A stretch of DNA of 32,000 nucleotides from Candidatus Saccharimonadota bacterium (GTDB taxonomy: Bacteria > Patescibacteriota > Gracilibacteria > UBA1369 > 2-02-FULL-48-14), in NCBI GenBank assembly GCA_041661045.1, contig JBAZVE010000001.1, positions 30,001-62,000 on the forward strand, given 5' to 3'. Position 1 is the first letter of the stretch, and each line of letters opens with the position of its first letter. The notes beneath the pieces were generated by a model. It saw only the letters and a program-made list of their open reading frames with translations. It did not search any database and had not been told where the DNA came from. This document shows, in pieces, positions 22,891 to 32,000 of the stretch. Position numbers and translations under genes: made by a program.

Positions 22891-23268
22891 CTGTGGCTCA
22901 TATCTCAGTTCTTTTGGTGTTTGTTTTTTTAAGTTTTTGTCTAAAGTCCAAAGCGGTGATTCCGTTTGTATGGCTGTAAACAAAATGGTCGAGTCCACCA
23001 GGCCCAAGCCCTGTGCAATCCACTTCTTCTTACTGGACTCCTCCGCCGCCTTTAAGAGTAGCTCTGTGATCTCCGGCTTGTTGAGGTTATCGTAATAGGC
23101 TCTGATCATTTTGACCTCCCCACCACTCAGGGCTCCCTGCATCAACTCGGCAAAAATGATGTCTAGCGTGAGCACTTCATTGTGGTGCAGCAAATACAGT
23201 AAATATTTGTAGCAAGGCTCTTTCCCTTTCAAAAATTCAATCCAGACTGAGGTGTCTACCAAAATCAT
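22885..23268 (-). CDS. vapC: PIN-domain toxin VapC
   Basis: MILVDTSVWIEFL carries the first PIN acidic residue, followed by ...DSTIL. 127 aa. 4-nt overlap with the upstream antitoxin. Confidence 0.85.
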   Translation of the reverse strand: MILVDTSVWIEFLKGKEPCYKYLLYLLHHNEVLTLDIIFAELMQGALSGGEVKMIRAYYDNLNKPEITELLLKAAEESSKKKWIAQGLGLVDSTILFTAIQTESPLWTLDKNLKKQTPKELRYEPQL

Positions 23269-23483
23269 GTGACCCTGCGGTTTAGTGTACGAACGGCTTC
23301 CGCATTGAATCCCTTCTTAAATTTGAGTGGTTTTTTTGCGAGGATTTGATTGAGCTCTTTGATTTTCTCCAGCTTTGCCCACTCAGACAAGGCGATGATC
23401 AAAGATTCTGTTAAGTTTTCTCCTTTTGAAAAAACTCTGACATCGGTGAGCAGTGCATCCGGAATGAGAGCGGTAACTTTCAT
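23265..23483 (-). CDS. vapB: VapB-type antitoxin (72 aa)
   Basis: Small ORF translationally coupled to vapC, with a promoter and operator directly upstream. Confidence 0.65.
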   Translation of the reverse strand: MKVTALIPDALLTDVRVFSKGENLTESLIIALSEWAKLEKIKELNQILAKKPLKFKKGFNAEAVRTLNRRVT

Positions 23484-23489
23484 GCTTCT

Positions 23490-23518
23490 ATTATACGATA
23501 GCTCATCGTATGACGCAA
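23490..23518 (-). promoter_or_regulatory. vapBC promoter with overlapping inverted-repeat operator; leaderless geometry
   Basis: On the minus strand: TTGCGT (reverse complement of 23513-23518), a 17-nt spacer, then TATAAT (reverse complement of 23490-23495), with only 6 nt to the ATG (23483). The inverted repeat ATACGA (23493-23498) / TCGTAT (23506-23511) overlaps the spacer. Confidence 0.5.
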
Positions 23519-23547
23519 CTGATTGTTTCCGCGTAGCGAAAATTTTC

Positions 23548-24042
23548 TCACTCTAATCCCTCAAAAATCCCGGTCTCTAGGTTTTTCCTTACTTTGTTGT
23601 GTGGCCAGACTCGACCATTCATCGTGACATAAATGCCAGGAGGCAAGGCCTGAACAAAGGCCAGAGCGCAACCCATATTGAACTCGGCATCGGAGTTTCG
23701 AAATTCGTAAGGAATCATGGAGCCTGTAAAAACGACTGTTTTATCCTGCACTTGACCCTCCAAAAAAGTGGCTGTTTTTACCATTCGATCGGTTCCGTGT
23801 GTCACCACAATATGTTTTTCCGGTGCGGCCTTTACCCGTTCGCAAATCTTTAGATGATGTTCATCCGTCATGTCCAAACTATCCATTAGAAAAATCATTT
23901 CAATTTCAACGGGTAGCATGGAACGCCCCACACTCAAGATCTCCGGAAGATGTGATTCCTCAAACACCAGGGTTTGAGGAATTTCATTGTATTTCTTCTC
24001 GAAGGTTCCTCCGGCGCACAGAATTCGAATAGGATGATGCAT
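23548..24042 (-). CDS. short L-asparaginase-family domain protein (164 aa)
   Basis: ILCAGGTFEK (catalytic Thr motif), DSLDMT, VVTHGTDRM and VVFTGSMIP match the asparaginase N-domain signature. Confidence 0.75.
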   Translation of the reverse strand: MHHPIRILCAGGTFEKKYNEIPQTLVFEESHLPEILSVGRSMLPVEIEMIFLMDSLDMTDEHHLKICERVKAAPEKHIVVTHGTDRMVKTATFLEGQVQDKTVVFTGSMIPYEFRNSDAEFNMGCALAFVQALPPGIYVTMNGRVWPHNKVRKNLETGIFEGLE

Positions 24043-24105
24043 GAGCTCATTCTACTCACTATTTTTGATGGGACCAGATCTTTTTTTCGTGCTAAAGTGG
24101 CAGCC

Positions 24106-24465
24106 ATGGACCTCTATGCAGAACAAATTGTTGATCTGGCAAAGAATCCGCTCAACCGCGGGGAAATGCCCGCAGCCACACTCACCGGTAGCGGGGTGAA
24201 CACCACTTGTGGAGACCATCTCCGCATTTACTTGCTTGTGAAGGATGGAAAAATTGCGCAGGCGCAATGGGAAGGAGAAGGCTGTGCCATCAGCATTGCG
24301 GCAGCCAGTGTGCTCACCGAAGAGATCAAGGGAAAGACCACGAAGAACGCTAAAAACCTTGAAAAAGAAGATTTGTATGAATGGCTTGGCATCGATCAAC
24401 TGGGGCCGGCACGGGTCAAATGCGTCACACTTTCACTGGAAACTTTACTCACTGCTCTTAAATAA
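24106..24465 (+). CDS. sufU: SufU/IscU-type Fe-S scaffold or sulfur acceptor
   Basis: The start was moved to the ATG at 24106 (MDLYAEQIVDLAKNPLNRG). Conserved Cys contexts CGD, GCAIS and RVKC. Confidence 0.85.
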   Translation: MDLYAEQIVDLAKNPLNRGEMPAATLTGSGVNTTCGDHLRIYLLVKDGKIAQAQWEGEGCAISIAAASVLTEEIKGKTTKNAKNLEKEDLYEWLGIDQLGPARVKCVTLSLETLLTALK

Positions 24466-24467
24466 AG

Positions 24468-25838
24468 ATGAAAAGCACCTTCCAAGATTATTTTCGAGCT
24501 TTGATTGGAGAGACGGAGGCTGAACAATTTTTTTGTACAATAGAGAGTGGCCTGACGGCCCCTCGGAGCATACGGGTCAACACCTTGAAGATTGAGAAAG
24601 AGCAGCTTGCCGCCTGGTTCAAAAGCCAGGGTTACACGGTAAAAAACAGCCCTTATTCCAGTGACGGACTGGAACTCACCGGGAGTGGGAAAGAATGGGC
24701 GCTCAAACTCCCCTACCACGCGGGCTTCACTTATCCGCAAGACAGTGCCTCCATGTTTGCCGTGGAAATTTTAAATCCTCAACCGGGTGAATTTGTTTTG
24801 GATCTCACGGCCGCACCCGGAGGAAAAAGCACGCACATGGCGCAGCGCATGCAGAATACCGGCGTTCTGGTGGCCAACGATATGGACACGCATCGCCTCA
24901 AAGCACTGCGCTCCAATTTGAGCCGTCTGGGCATTATGAATGCCTACATATCCAGACTCCCCGCCTCTAAACTTGCCGGGCTCTACCCGGAACTCTTCGA
25001 CCGCATTCTTTTGGACCCCTCCTGCAGCGGCGAAGGGCTTTTTGTGACCAAGGAAGGCCAACCGGATTATTGGAATAAAAAAGCGCTTAAACATTTTGCG
25101 GGACTCCAATTTGGACTTTTGAAACAAGCTTTTTTGATGCTCAAGCCGGGCGGCCGATTGGTGTATTCCACCTGTGCGCTCAATGCCGTGGAAAATGATG
25201 GAGTGCTGAAAGACTTTTTGGATAAAAATCCAGAGGCCGCCCTCGATGAGTCCGCCCTGCAAGAGCTGAAAAAAAAGAAGATTAAAATCCCCAAGCAAGT
25301 GGGAGATTTACAGGGCATTCGTTTTTGGCCGCAGCAAACGGGGACCAAGGGTTTCTTTTGCGTGGTGCTCACCAAAACCGTTTCTCAAAACTTGGCTCCT
25401 TCACAAGCGCATTCCGGCCTTCGTGTGCTTAAAAAAGACGAACGAAAACTTTATGATGATTTCCTTAAAAACCACTTTGGAATCCCCCCTTTGAATGCGG
25501 AATGGGTTCCTTACGAACATCACCTTTTCTTGGTCTGCAAAGATCTGCTGCGCGTTCCCCCTCCCCCCGGCTTCTCCCTCTCGCTGCCCGCGCTTAAAAC
25601 TTATGAAAATGAGGAGATGAAACCCAGCCATGAAGGCGCTGTTTTCCTGACCGGACTTGCACGGAAAAACATTGTGGAACTCAGCAAAGAAGACATGGAA
25701 AAAGCCATGAAGCATGAGCCCCTCATCCTTCCCAAAACCAAAGAAGGTGTGTACTTTGCAAAACATTTGGACTTCCCCATCGGACTCCTCAAAGTGGGCT
25801 CACAGCGAACGGAGCTCTTGGTGCCTAAGATGGCCTAG
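24468..25838 (+). CDS. RsmB/RsmF (NOL1/NOP2/Sun) family RNA m5C methyltransferase
   Basis: DLTAAPGGKSTHMA (SAM motif), catalytic Cys contexts DPSCSGEG and VYSTCAL, and a C-terminal extension. Confidence 0.88.
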   Translation: MKSTFQDYFRALIGETEAEQFFCTIESGLTAPRSIRVNTLKIEKEQLAAWFKSQGYTVKNSPYSSDGLELTGSGKEWALKLPYHAGFTYPQDSASMFAVEILNPQPGEFVLDLTAAPGGKSTHMAQRMQNTGVLVANDMDTHRLKALRSNLSRLGIMNAYISRLPASKLAGLYPELFDRILLDPSCSGEGLFVTKEGQPDYWNKKALKHFAGLQFGLLKQAFLMLKPGGRLVYSTCALNAVENDGVLKDFLDKNPEAALDESALQELKKKKIKIPKQVGDLQGIRFWPQQTGTKGFFCVVLTKTVSQNLAPSQAHSGLRVLKKDERKLYDDFLKNHFGIPPLNAEWVPYEHHLFLVCKDLLRVPPPPGFSLSLPALKTYENEEMKPSHEGAVFLTGLARKNIVELSKEDMEKAMKHEPLILPKTKEGVYFAKHLDFPIGLLKVGSQRTELLVPKMA

Positions 25839-25848
25839 AGGCTTTGGC

Positions 25849-26553
25849 CTAATTCCAAGACTCCCTTTCCATTGCATTGCGAGCGGCGGCCTGTTCGGCT
25901 TCTTGTTTGGATTGACCGCTGCCTTCTCCGGCCAGTTTTTTTCCAAAGTAGATGCCCATCACAAATTTTTTGTCGTGATCGGGACCGTCTTCGTTTAAAA
26001 GTTCGTAAGTGGGAGTGAGATTGAATTTGTCCTGCGCCAGCTCTTGCACCCTGGATTTTGCGTCCACATTCAAACCCTTGGCGATGATTTCATCGAGCAT
26101 CACCACAATGCGATCCAAAATAAACTGATTGGCCACCTCAAAGCCTTGATCCAAAAAGATTGCGCCGATGAGTGCTTCACAAGTATTGGCCAAAATATAT
26201 TCCTTCTCGCGGCCTCCTGAGAGGTCTTCCCCACGGCTGAGCAGTAAGAATTGCCCAAGCCCAAGGCTCTTGGAAACTTTGGCGAGGTTTTTTCCCTTCA
26301 CCAACGCACTGCGCCAACTGGTGAGCTGACCCTCTGGCTGATCCGGGTATTTGTGGTACAAAAATTGAGTCACCGAAAGCTCCAAAACGGCATCGCCCAA
26401 AAACTCCAGCCGTTCGTTGTATTCCTTTTCTTCCGTGTGTTCGTTGATGAAGGACTTGTGGACAAAGGCCAAAGTGAGCAGATCTTTATCTTTAAATTCC
26501 ACTCCAATCGTTTGCTCCAGTTCGGAGTGTTTTTTAATGCTTGTTGTCTTCAT
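25849..26553 (-). CDS. rnc: ribonuclease III
   Basis: RNase III signature [13 protein letters not shown] plus a C-terminal dsRBD (GPDHDKKF...[10 protein letters not shown]). Confidence 0.93.
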   Translation of the reverse strand: MKTTSIKKHSELEQTIGVEFKDKDLLTLAFVHKSFINEHTEEKEYNERLEFLGDAVLELSVTQFLYHKYPDQPEGQLTSWRSALVKGKNLAKVSKSLGLGQFLLLSRGEDLSGGREKEYILANTCEALIGAIFLDQGFEVANQFILDRIVVMLDEIIAKGLNVDAKSRVQELAQDKFNLTPTYELLNEDGPDHDKKFVMGIYFGKKLAGEGSGQSKQEAEQAAARNAMERESWN

Positions 26554-26944
26554 GTATTGAGCTTAATACACCATTGATAAATTTTGAAGAGCTTTCTGTA
26601 CCAAATTCCTTGGCCAGTTCAATCGCTTCATTGATGGCCACCAAATTGGGGATTTCCTCATCAAAGAGCAATTCACAGGCTCCGACCTCTAAAACGGCTC
26701 GATCTATGGGTGCAATTTTCTCCCAAGGCCACTCCGGAGCGTAGGTTTTAATGGTTTCCATGAGTTCTTCGCGATGAGCCATGACTTTTTCGAGCAATTG
26801 GAGGGCAAAACTCTGATCTTCCATTCCATGCCCGCCGTTCACCAGGTTATACGACAAAACAGCCTGCGCATCGCCCCCTCGAAACTCCCAGGCAAACACC
26901 GTTTGCATGACTAGAGCTCTGAGAATATGGCGTTTTGAGGCCAT
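26534..26944 (-). CDS. nusB: transcription antitermination factor NusB
   Basis: 136 aa; R[14 protein letters not shown]... and ...[13 protein letters not shown] pattern. Overlaps the rnc start. Confidence 0.85.
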   Translation of the reverse strand: MASKRHILRALVMQTVFAWEFRGGDAQAVLSYNLVNGGHGMEDQSFALQLLEKVMAHREELMETIKTYAPEWPWEKIAPIDRAVLEVGACELLFDEEIPNLVAINEAIELAKEFGTESSSKFINGVLSSIHEDNKH

Positions 26945-26971
26945 GCTGAAAACATTAAAGAACGGATTAAA

Positions 26972-27214
26972 CTAGGCTTTAACCTTGGTGATTTTTGCTT
27001 CCTGAGCAGCCTTCTTGTTGCTCACAGAATTTCCTCGGTAAGTTTCACAAGCCGTGCATGCCTTGTGTGCCACTCTTGCAGCTCCACATGCCTCACATTT
27101 TGTCATTTGAGCCATCCGTCCAAGCTTGATGCGCGTCAGATTTTCGAATGTGTGGTAGCGACGACCCGAACGGGTTGTAGACTGCTTCTTTTTTGGAACT
27201 GCATGTTTTGCCAT
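26972..27214 (-). CDS. rpmF: 50S ribosomal protein bL32 with a Lys/Ala-rich C-terminal extension
   Basis: MAKHAVPKKKQSTTRSGRR plus CxxC...CxxC (CEACG...CTACETYRG). The yceD-rpmF synteny is classical. Confidence 0.85.
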   Translation of the reverse strand: MAKHAVPKKKQSTTRSGRRYHTFENLTRIKLGRMAQMTKCEACGAARVAHKACTACETYRGNSVSNKKAAQEAKITKVKA

Positions 27215-27266
27215 GGGCGCATTTTATAGGATTTTGATGGAAATGCAAGAGATTTAGGTGCTTCCT

Positions 27267-27740
27267 TTAAGAGAGCATGTCCTTTAATCCCGCTAAGGCC
27301 TTGATGGTTTTCTCTTCTTCGGGCTTGGACTCTTCAAATTTTGCGCAGAGTTTCTTGCAGCGGGGGATGGCTTGTAAGTTCAAGAGAAGGTCCTGACGAA
27401 CAGGTTCCATGGGGTCCAATTCCAAACGGTGACTGTCCAAAAGAAGGGTTTCGTCTTCATCATCGTCTTCGTGGGGTTTTTCTTCATAAAAAAGCCATTC
27501 CGAAGGAGTGAACTCCAGGGGAATTTTAAGGGGTTTGGCGCATCTGGAGCAAAGGGTGCTCTGCGTTGCCTCTATTTTTTCGATCATCATCATCACTCCC
27601 TCTTCCATTCGCATGAACTGCCCCTCCACTATTATGTCACTCTTGATCTCCGGAATATTAAAATCTTCAGCCTTGAACTCCAAATGAAAGGGCTCCCTGG
27701 CCCCGGTAACGGCTCTGTAAATTTGTGCAATTTTAATCAC
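27267..27740 (-). CDS. yceD: YceD/DUF177 family protein
   Basis: 157 aa, acidic, with CSRC...C...C pattern and position directly upstream of rpmF. Confidence 0.8.
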   Translation of the reverse strand: MIKIAQIYRAVTGAREPFHLEFKAEDFNIPEIKSDIIVEGQFMRMEEGVMMMIEKIEATQSTLCSRCAKPLKIPLEFTPSEWLFYEEKPHEDDDEDETLLLDSHRLELDPMEPVRQDLLLNLQAIPRCKKLCAKFEESKPEEEKTIKALAGLKDMLS

Positions 27741-28404
27741 GACGAAGGGCGCCGGTGAGGCGCAGTATGAAAATAAAGAGGTTGAATATGTCTAAATATA
27801 AAGCAATGGCGGCCTGTACCGCGCCTTCATCGGGCATGGTTTTGAGCCTTTGAATGTCCACCAAGGCGTAGAGTGAAAAAATCAGCACTCCCGCACCCGA
27901 ATAGACCATTTCCATGGTGTTGCCCCAGGGTAAAAAGATACCCAGCACCCCGGTGAGAATCATTCCAATGAGGGCCACAAAGAGAAAGCCCGTGAGACCT
28001 TGAAAAGAACGGTTGCTGGTCAAGCCGACCACGGCCAGTGCCGCAAAAGTAAGCGTGGTGGTGAAGAGCGAACGGTAAATGATGTCGAAACCGCCAAATT
28101 CTGCGGCAAAACTTGCCAAAAGGGGCACAACGGTGATTCCACTGGAGAGGGTGAACAATGAGAAAAGCACGAAGTTGAGCGGTTTTTTGGTGCTCCACCA
28201 GCGAGAGGTGAGAATAAGTCCCAATTCCAAGATGAAAAGTCCAAACATCAAGGAGGGATTTTTGGCGAAGATGGGCAAAAGGGTATGAAATCCCAAATAT
28301 ACTCCTGCGCCGGTGGCCAGAATCGAGAGACCGAACCACGCCATCACTTTATTGAAGAAGTCGCTGGACCGAGTTTGAGTGGCGATGCCTTCCAATGGAC
28401 TCAT
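27733..28404 (-). CDS. Bax inhibitor-1/YccA family membrane protein
   Basis: 223 aa, ~7 TM. The N-terminal FFNKVMAWFGLSI and the C-terminal basic tail LRLTGALRRD are typical of BI-1. Confidence 0.85.
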   Translation of the reverse strand: MSPLEGIATQTRSSDFFNKVMAWFGLSILATGAGVYLGFHTLLPIFAKNPSLMFGLFILELGLILTSRWWSTKKPLNFVLFSLFTLSSGITVVPLLASFAAEFGGFDIIYRSLFTTTLTFAALAVVGLTSNRSFQGLTGFLFVALIGMILTGVLGIFLPWGNTMEMVYSGAGVLIFSLYALVDIQRLKTMPDEGAVQAAIALYLDIFNLFIFILRLTGALRRD

Positions 28405-28469
28405 TTGATTGAAGTTTAAGGGCCATCATTTTAACAAGCCTCATGGGCTTTTACAAGAAAGGGATTGAT

Positions 28470-28498
28470 TTGCAGCGTGACACCAGATTGGTTAGACT
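28470..28498 (+). promoter_or_regulatory. candidate ftsA promoter, leaderless geometry
   Basis: TTGCAG (28470-28475), a 17-nt spacer, then TAGACT (28493-28498), with 6 nt to the ATG at 28505. Confidence 0.35.
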
Positions 28499-28504
28499 AG
28501 CGCC

Positions 28505-29758
28505 ATGTTTGGTTTAAAAAACAATTTGGGGCCCAAACGAGAACGCATCTTCACCGTCTTGGACATCGGCACGGAATTTGTGAAAGTGCTGGTGTGTATG
28601 GCTCAAGGGAAAGAGGTGGAAGTGCTGGGCAAAGGCGTTCGCCGACAAAGCAGTGGAGAAATGGAGCAAGGGGCCATCACGGACATCGCGGGAGTGGTGG
28701 ATCGTTGCCACGAAGCCATGCGGGATGCCGAGCGAATGGCCGGCTGTGCCCCGCAGAGCTTGATTATGGGTATTGCGGGCGAACTGATTAAAGGAGAAAC
28801 CTCCATGGTGACTTATAAACGAAAGGACCCCGGCGGCAAGGTGCAGCAAGAAGAACTGAAAAACATCATTCACAAGGTTCAGTGGAAGGCCTTTGAACGG
28901 GTGCGCGGAGATTTGGCCTATGAAACCGGCTTCAATGAGATTGATGTGAAGCTTGTGCATGCGGCGATTGTGGACACGCGTATTGATGGATATAAGGTTT
29001 CGAACCCCATCGGGTTTCAAGGCAGAGAAGTGACCATGAGTGTTTTTAATGCCTTCTCCCCTTTGATGCATTATGGGGCTCTGCAAACCATCAGCGCGGA
29101 ATTGGACAAAGAACTTTTGGCCATTATGGCCGAACCGTACGCGGTGGGTAGACTCTTGGGCGGTACGGAACTCCAAGGCTACAGCGGTATTTTTATTGAT
29201 GTCGGTGGAGGTACCACGGACCTGGCGATCACCGTGGATGGCAGCGTGATTGGGACTAAAATGTTCAATCTTGGGGGACGATCCTTCACCAAAAGGCTGG
29301 CTCAAGCTTTAAATGTTTCTCATGACGAAGCGGAAGAGGTTAAAATTGCGTTTTCCAACAATCAACTCGAGCATCAATCCCAAACCATTGTGGCCAAGGC
29401 GCTGGCTTCCGACACAGAAATTTGGCTCTCCGGTGTTTATTTTAGTCTTCAAGAATTCTCCGAGCTGGATTCCCTCCCCCCTACGCTTTATCTTTGTGGA
29501 GGGGGTTCTTTGCTTCCGCTCCTCAAAGAGGGCCTCGAGACCTCCGACTGGTATAAAAATTTGAAGTTTCCACGAAAGCCCCAAGTGAAGTATCTTCTTC
29601 CTAAGAACATTTCGCACATTAAAGACCAAACCAAACAACTGGACTCCCCCGCCGACATTACGCCCATGGCGCTGGCTTCCATCGGAATGGAAATCATGAG
29701 TGAAGAAAAACTGCTCACCAAAATGCTCCAGAAAGTTGTTCGCCTTATGCAAGTCTAA
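28505..29758 (+). CDS. ftsA: actin-like cell division ATPase FtsA
   Basis: Phosphate-1 motif VLDIGTEFVKVLV, GAITDI...AERMAG..., and phosphate-2 motif FIDVGGGTTDLAI. 417 aa. Confidence 0.8.
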   Translation: MFGLKNNLGPKRERIFTVLDIGTEFVKVLVCMAQGKEVEVLGKGVRRQSSGEMEQGAITDIAGVVDRCHEAMRDAERMAGCAPQSLIMGIAGELIKGETSMVTYKRKDPGGKVQQEELKNIIHKVQWKAFERVRGDLAYETGFNEIDVKLVHAAIVDTRIDGYKVSNPIGFQGREVTMSVFNAFSPLMHYGALQTISAELDKELLAIMAEPYAVGRLLGGTELQGYSGIFIDVGGGTTDLAITVDGSVIGTKMFNLGGRSFTKRLAQALNVSHDEAEEVKIAFSNNQLEHQSQTIVAKALASDTEIWLSGVYFSLQEFSELDSLPPTLYLCGGGSLLPLLKEGLETSDWYKNLKFPRKPQVKYLLPKNISHIKDQTKQLDSPADITPMALASIGMEIMSEEKLLTKMLQKVVRLMQV

Positions 29759-29769
29759 TTCTCCACACT

Positions 29770-32000
<2,231 letters not shown>

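Noticed and set aside
23974-24105. The listed 163-aa version of the SufU ORF starting at 23974.
   Set aside because: The N-terminal 44 residues overlap the asparaginase-like gene on the opposite strand and match nothing in SufU. The conserved SufU N-terminus begins at the ATG at 24106.

Overview
The window comes from a bacterium that uses the standard genetic code: conserved genes such as clpB and sufC end at TGA at the expected length. It has three parts. (1) Left edge: clpB, cut at its 5' end by the window, abuts a minus-strand tRNA-Ala(GGC) with no gap. (2) 2189-17556 is a ~15.4 kb accessory region bounded by tRNA-Ala(GGC) and a tRNA(CAU); the two tRNAs share an identical 34-bp segment covering the 5' part of the gene plus its leader. 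The left half of this region holds orphan genes: three small proteins, a 536-aa Cys-rich multi-zinc-ribbon protein, a JAB/MPN-like protein, a small-protein/methyltransferase operon, a Cys/Pro-rich secreted peptide and a PhzF-family protein. The right half (about 8.65-17.56 kb) is the most unusual part. It is an array of ~10 single- or two-gene cassettes separated by one conserved 30-60 bp junction repeat (best copies TGGTCACACTAGTYCCTCGAYTTATTTTTTGGTGG). The array ends exactly at the 3' end of the tRNA(CAU) gene. It also contains a 29-bp exact copy and a 14-bp copy of the tRNA 3' end, and the junction repeat resembles the tRNA-proximal sequence. No integrase or recombinase is visible and the repeat is not a canonical attC site. 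I read this as an integron-like, tRNA-anchored cassette array of a possibly undescribed type; that is inference. Cassette cargo includes a Phd/Doc toxin-antitoxin pair, a pentapeptide-repeat protein, a membrane protein, an MFS transporter plus CN-hydrolase pair, two paralogous orphan cassettes, a possible ADP-ribosyltransferase-like protein and a Zn-ribbon protein. (3) 17.6-32 kb is housekeeping: sufC, sufB, a GNAT gene, sufD and sufS; then, on the opposite strand, vapBC and an asparaginase-like gene; then sufU, an RsmB/F-like m5C methyltransferase, rnc, nusB, rpmF, yceD, a BI-1 family protein, ftsA, a 582-aa membrane-anchored orphan, and the 5' part of proS. All functional calls rest on motif recognition by eye, because no database search was possible.
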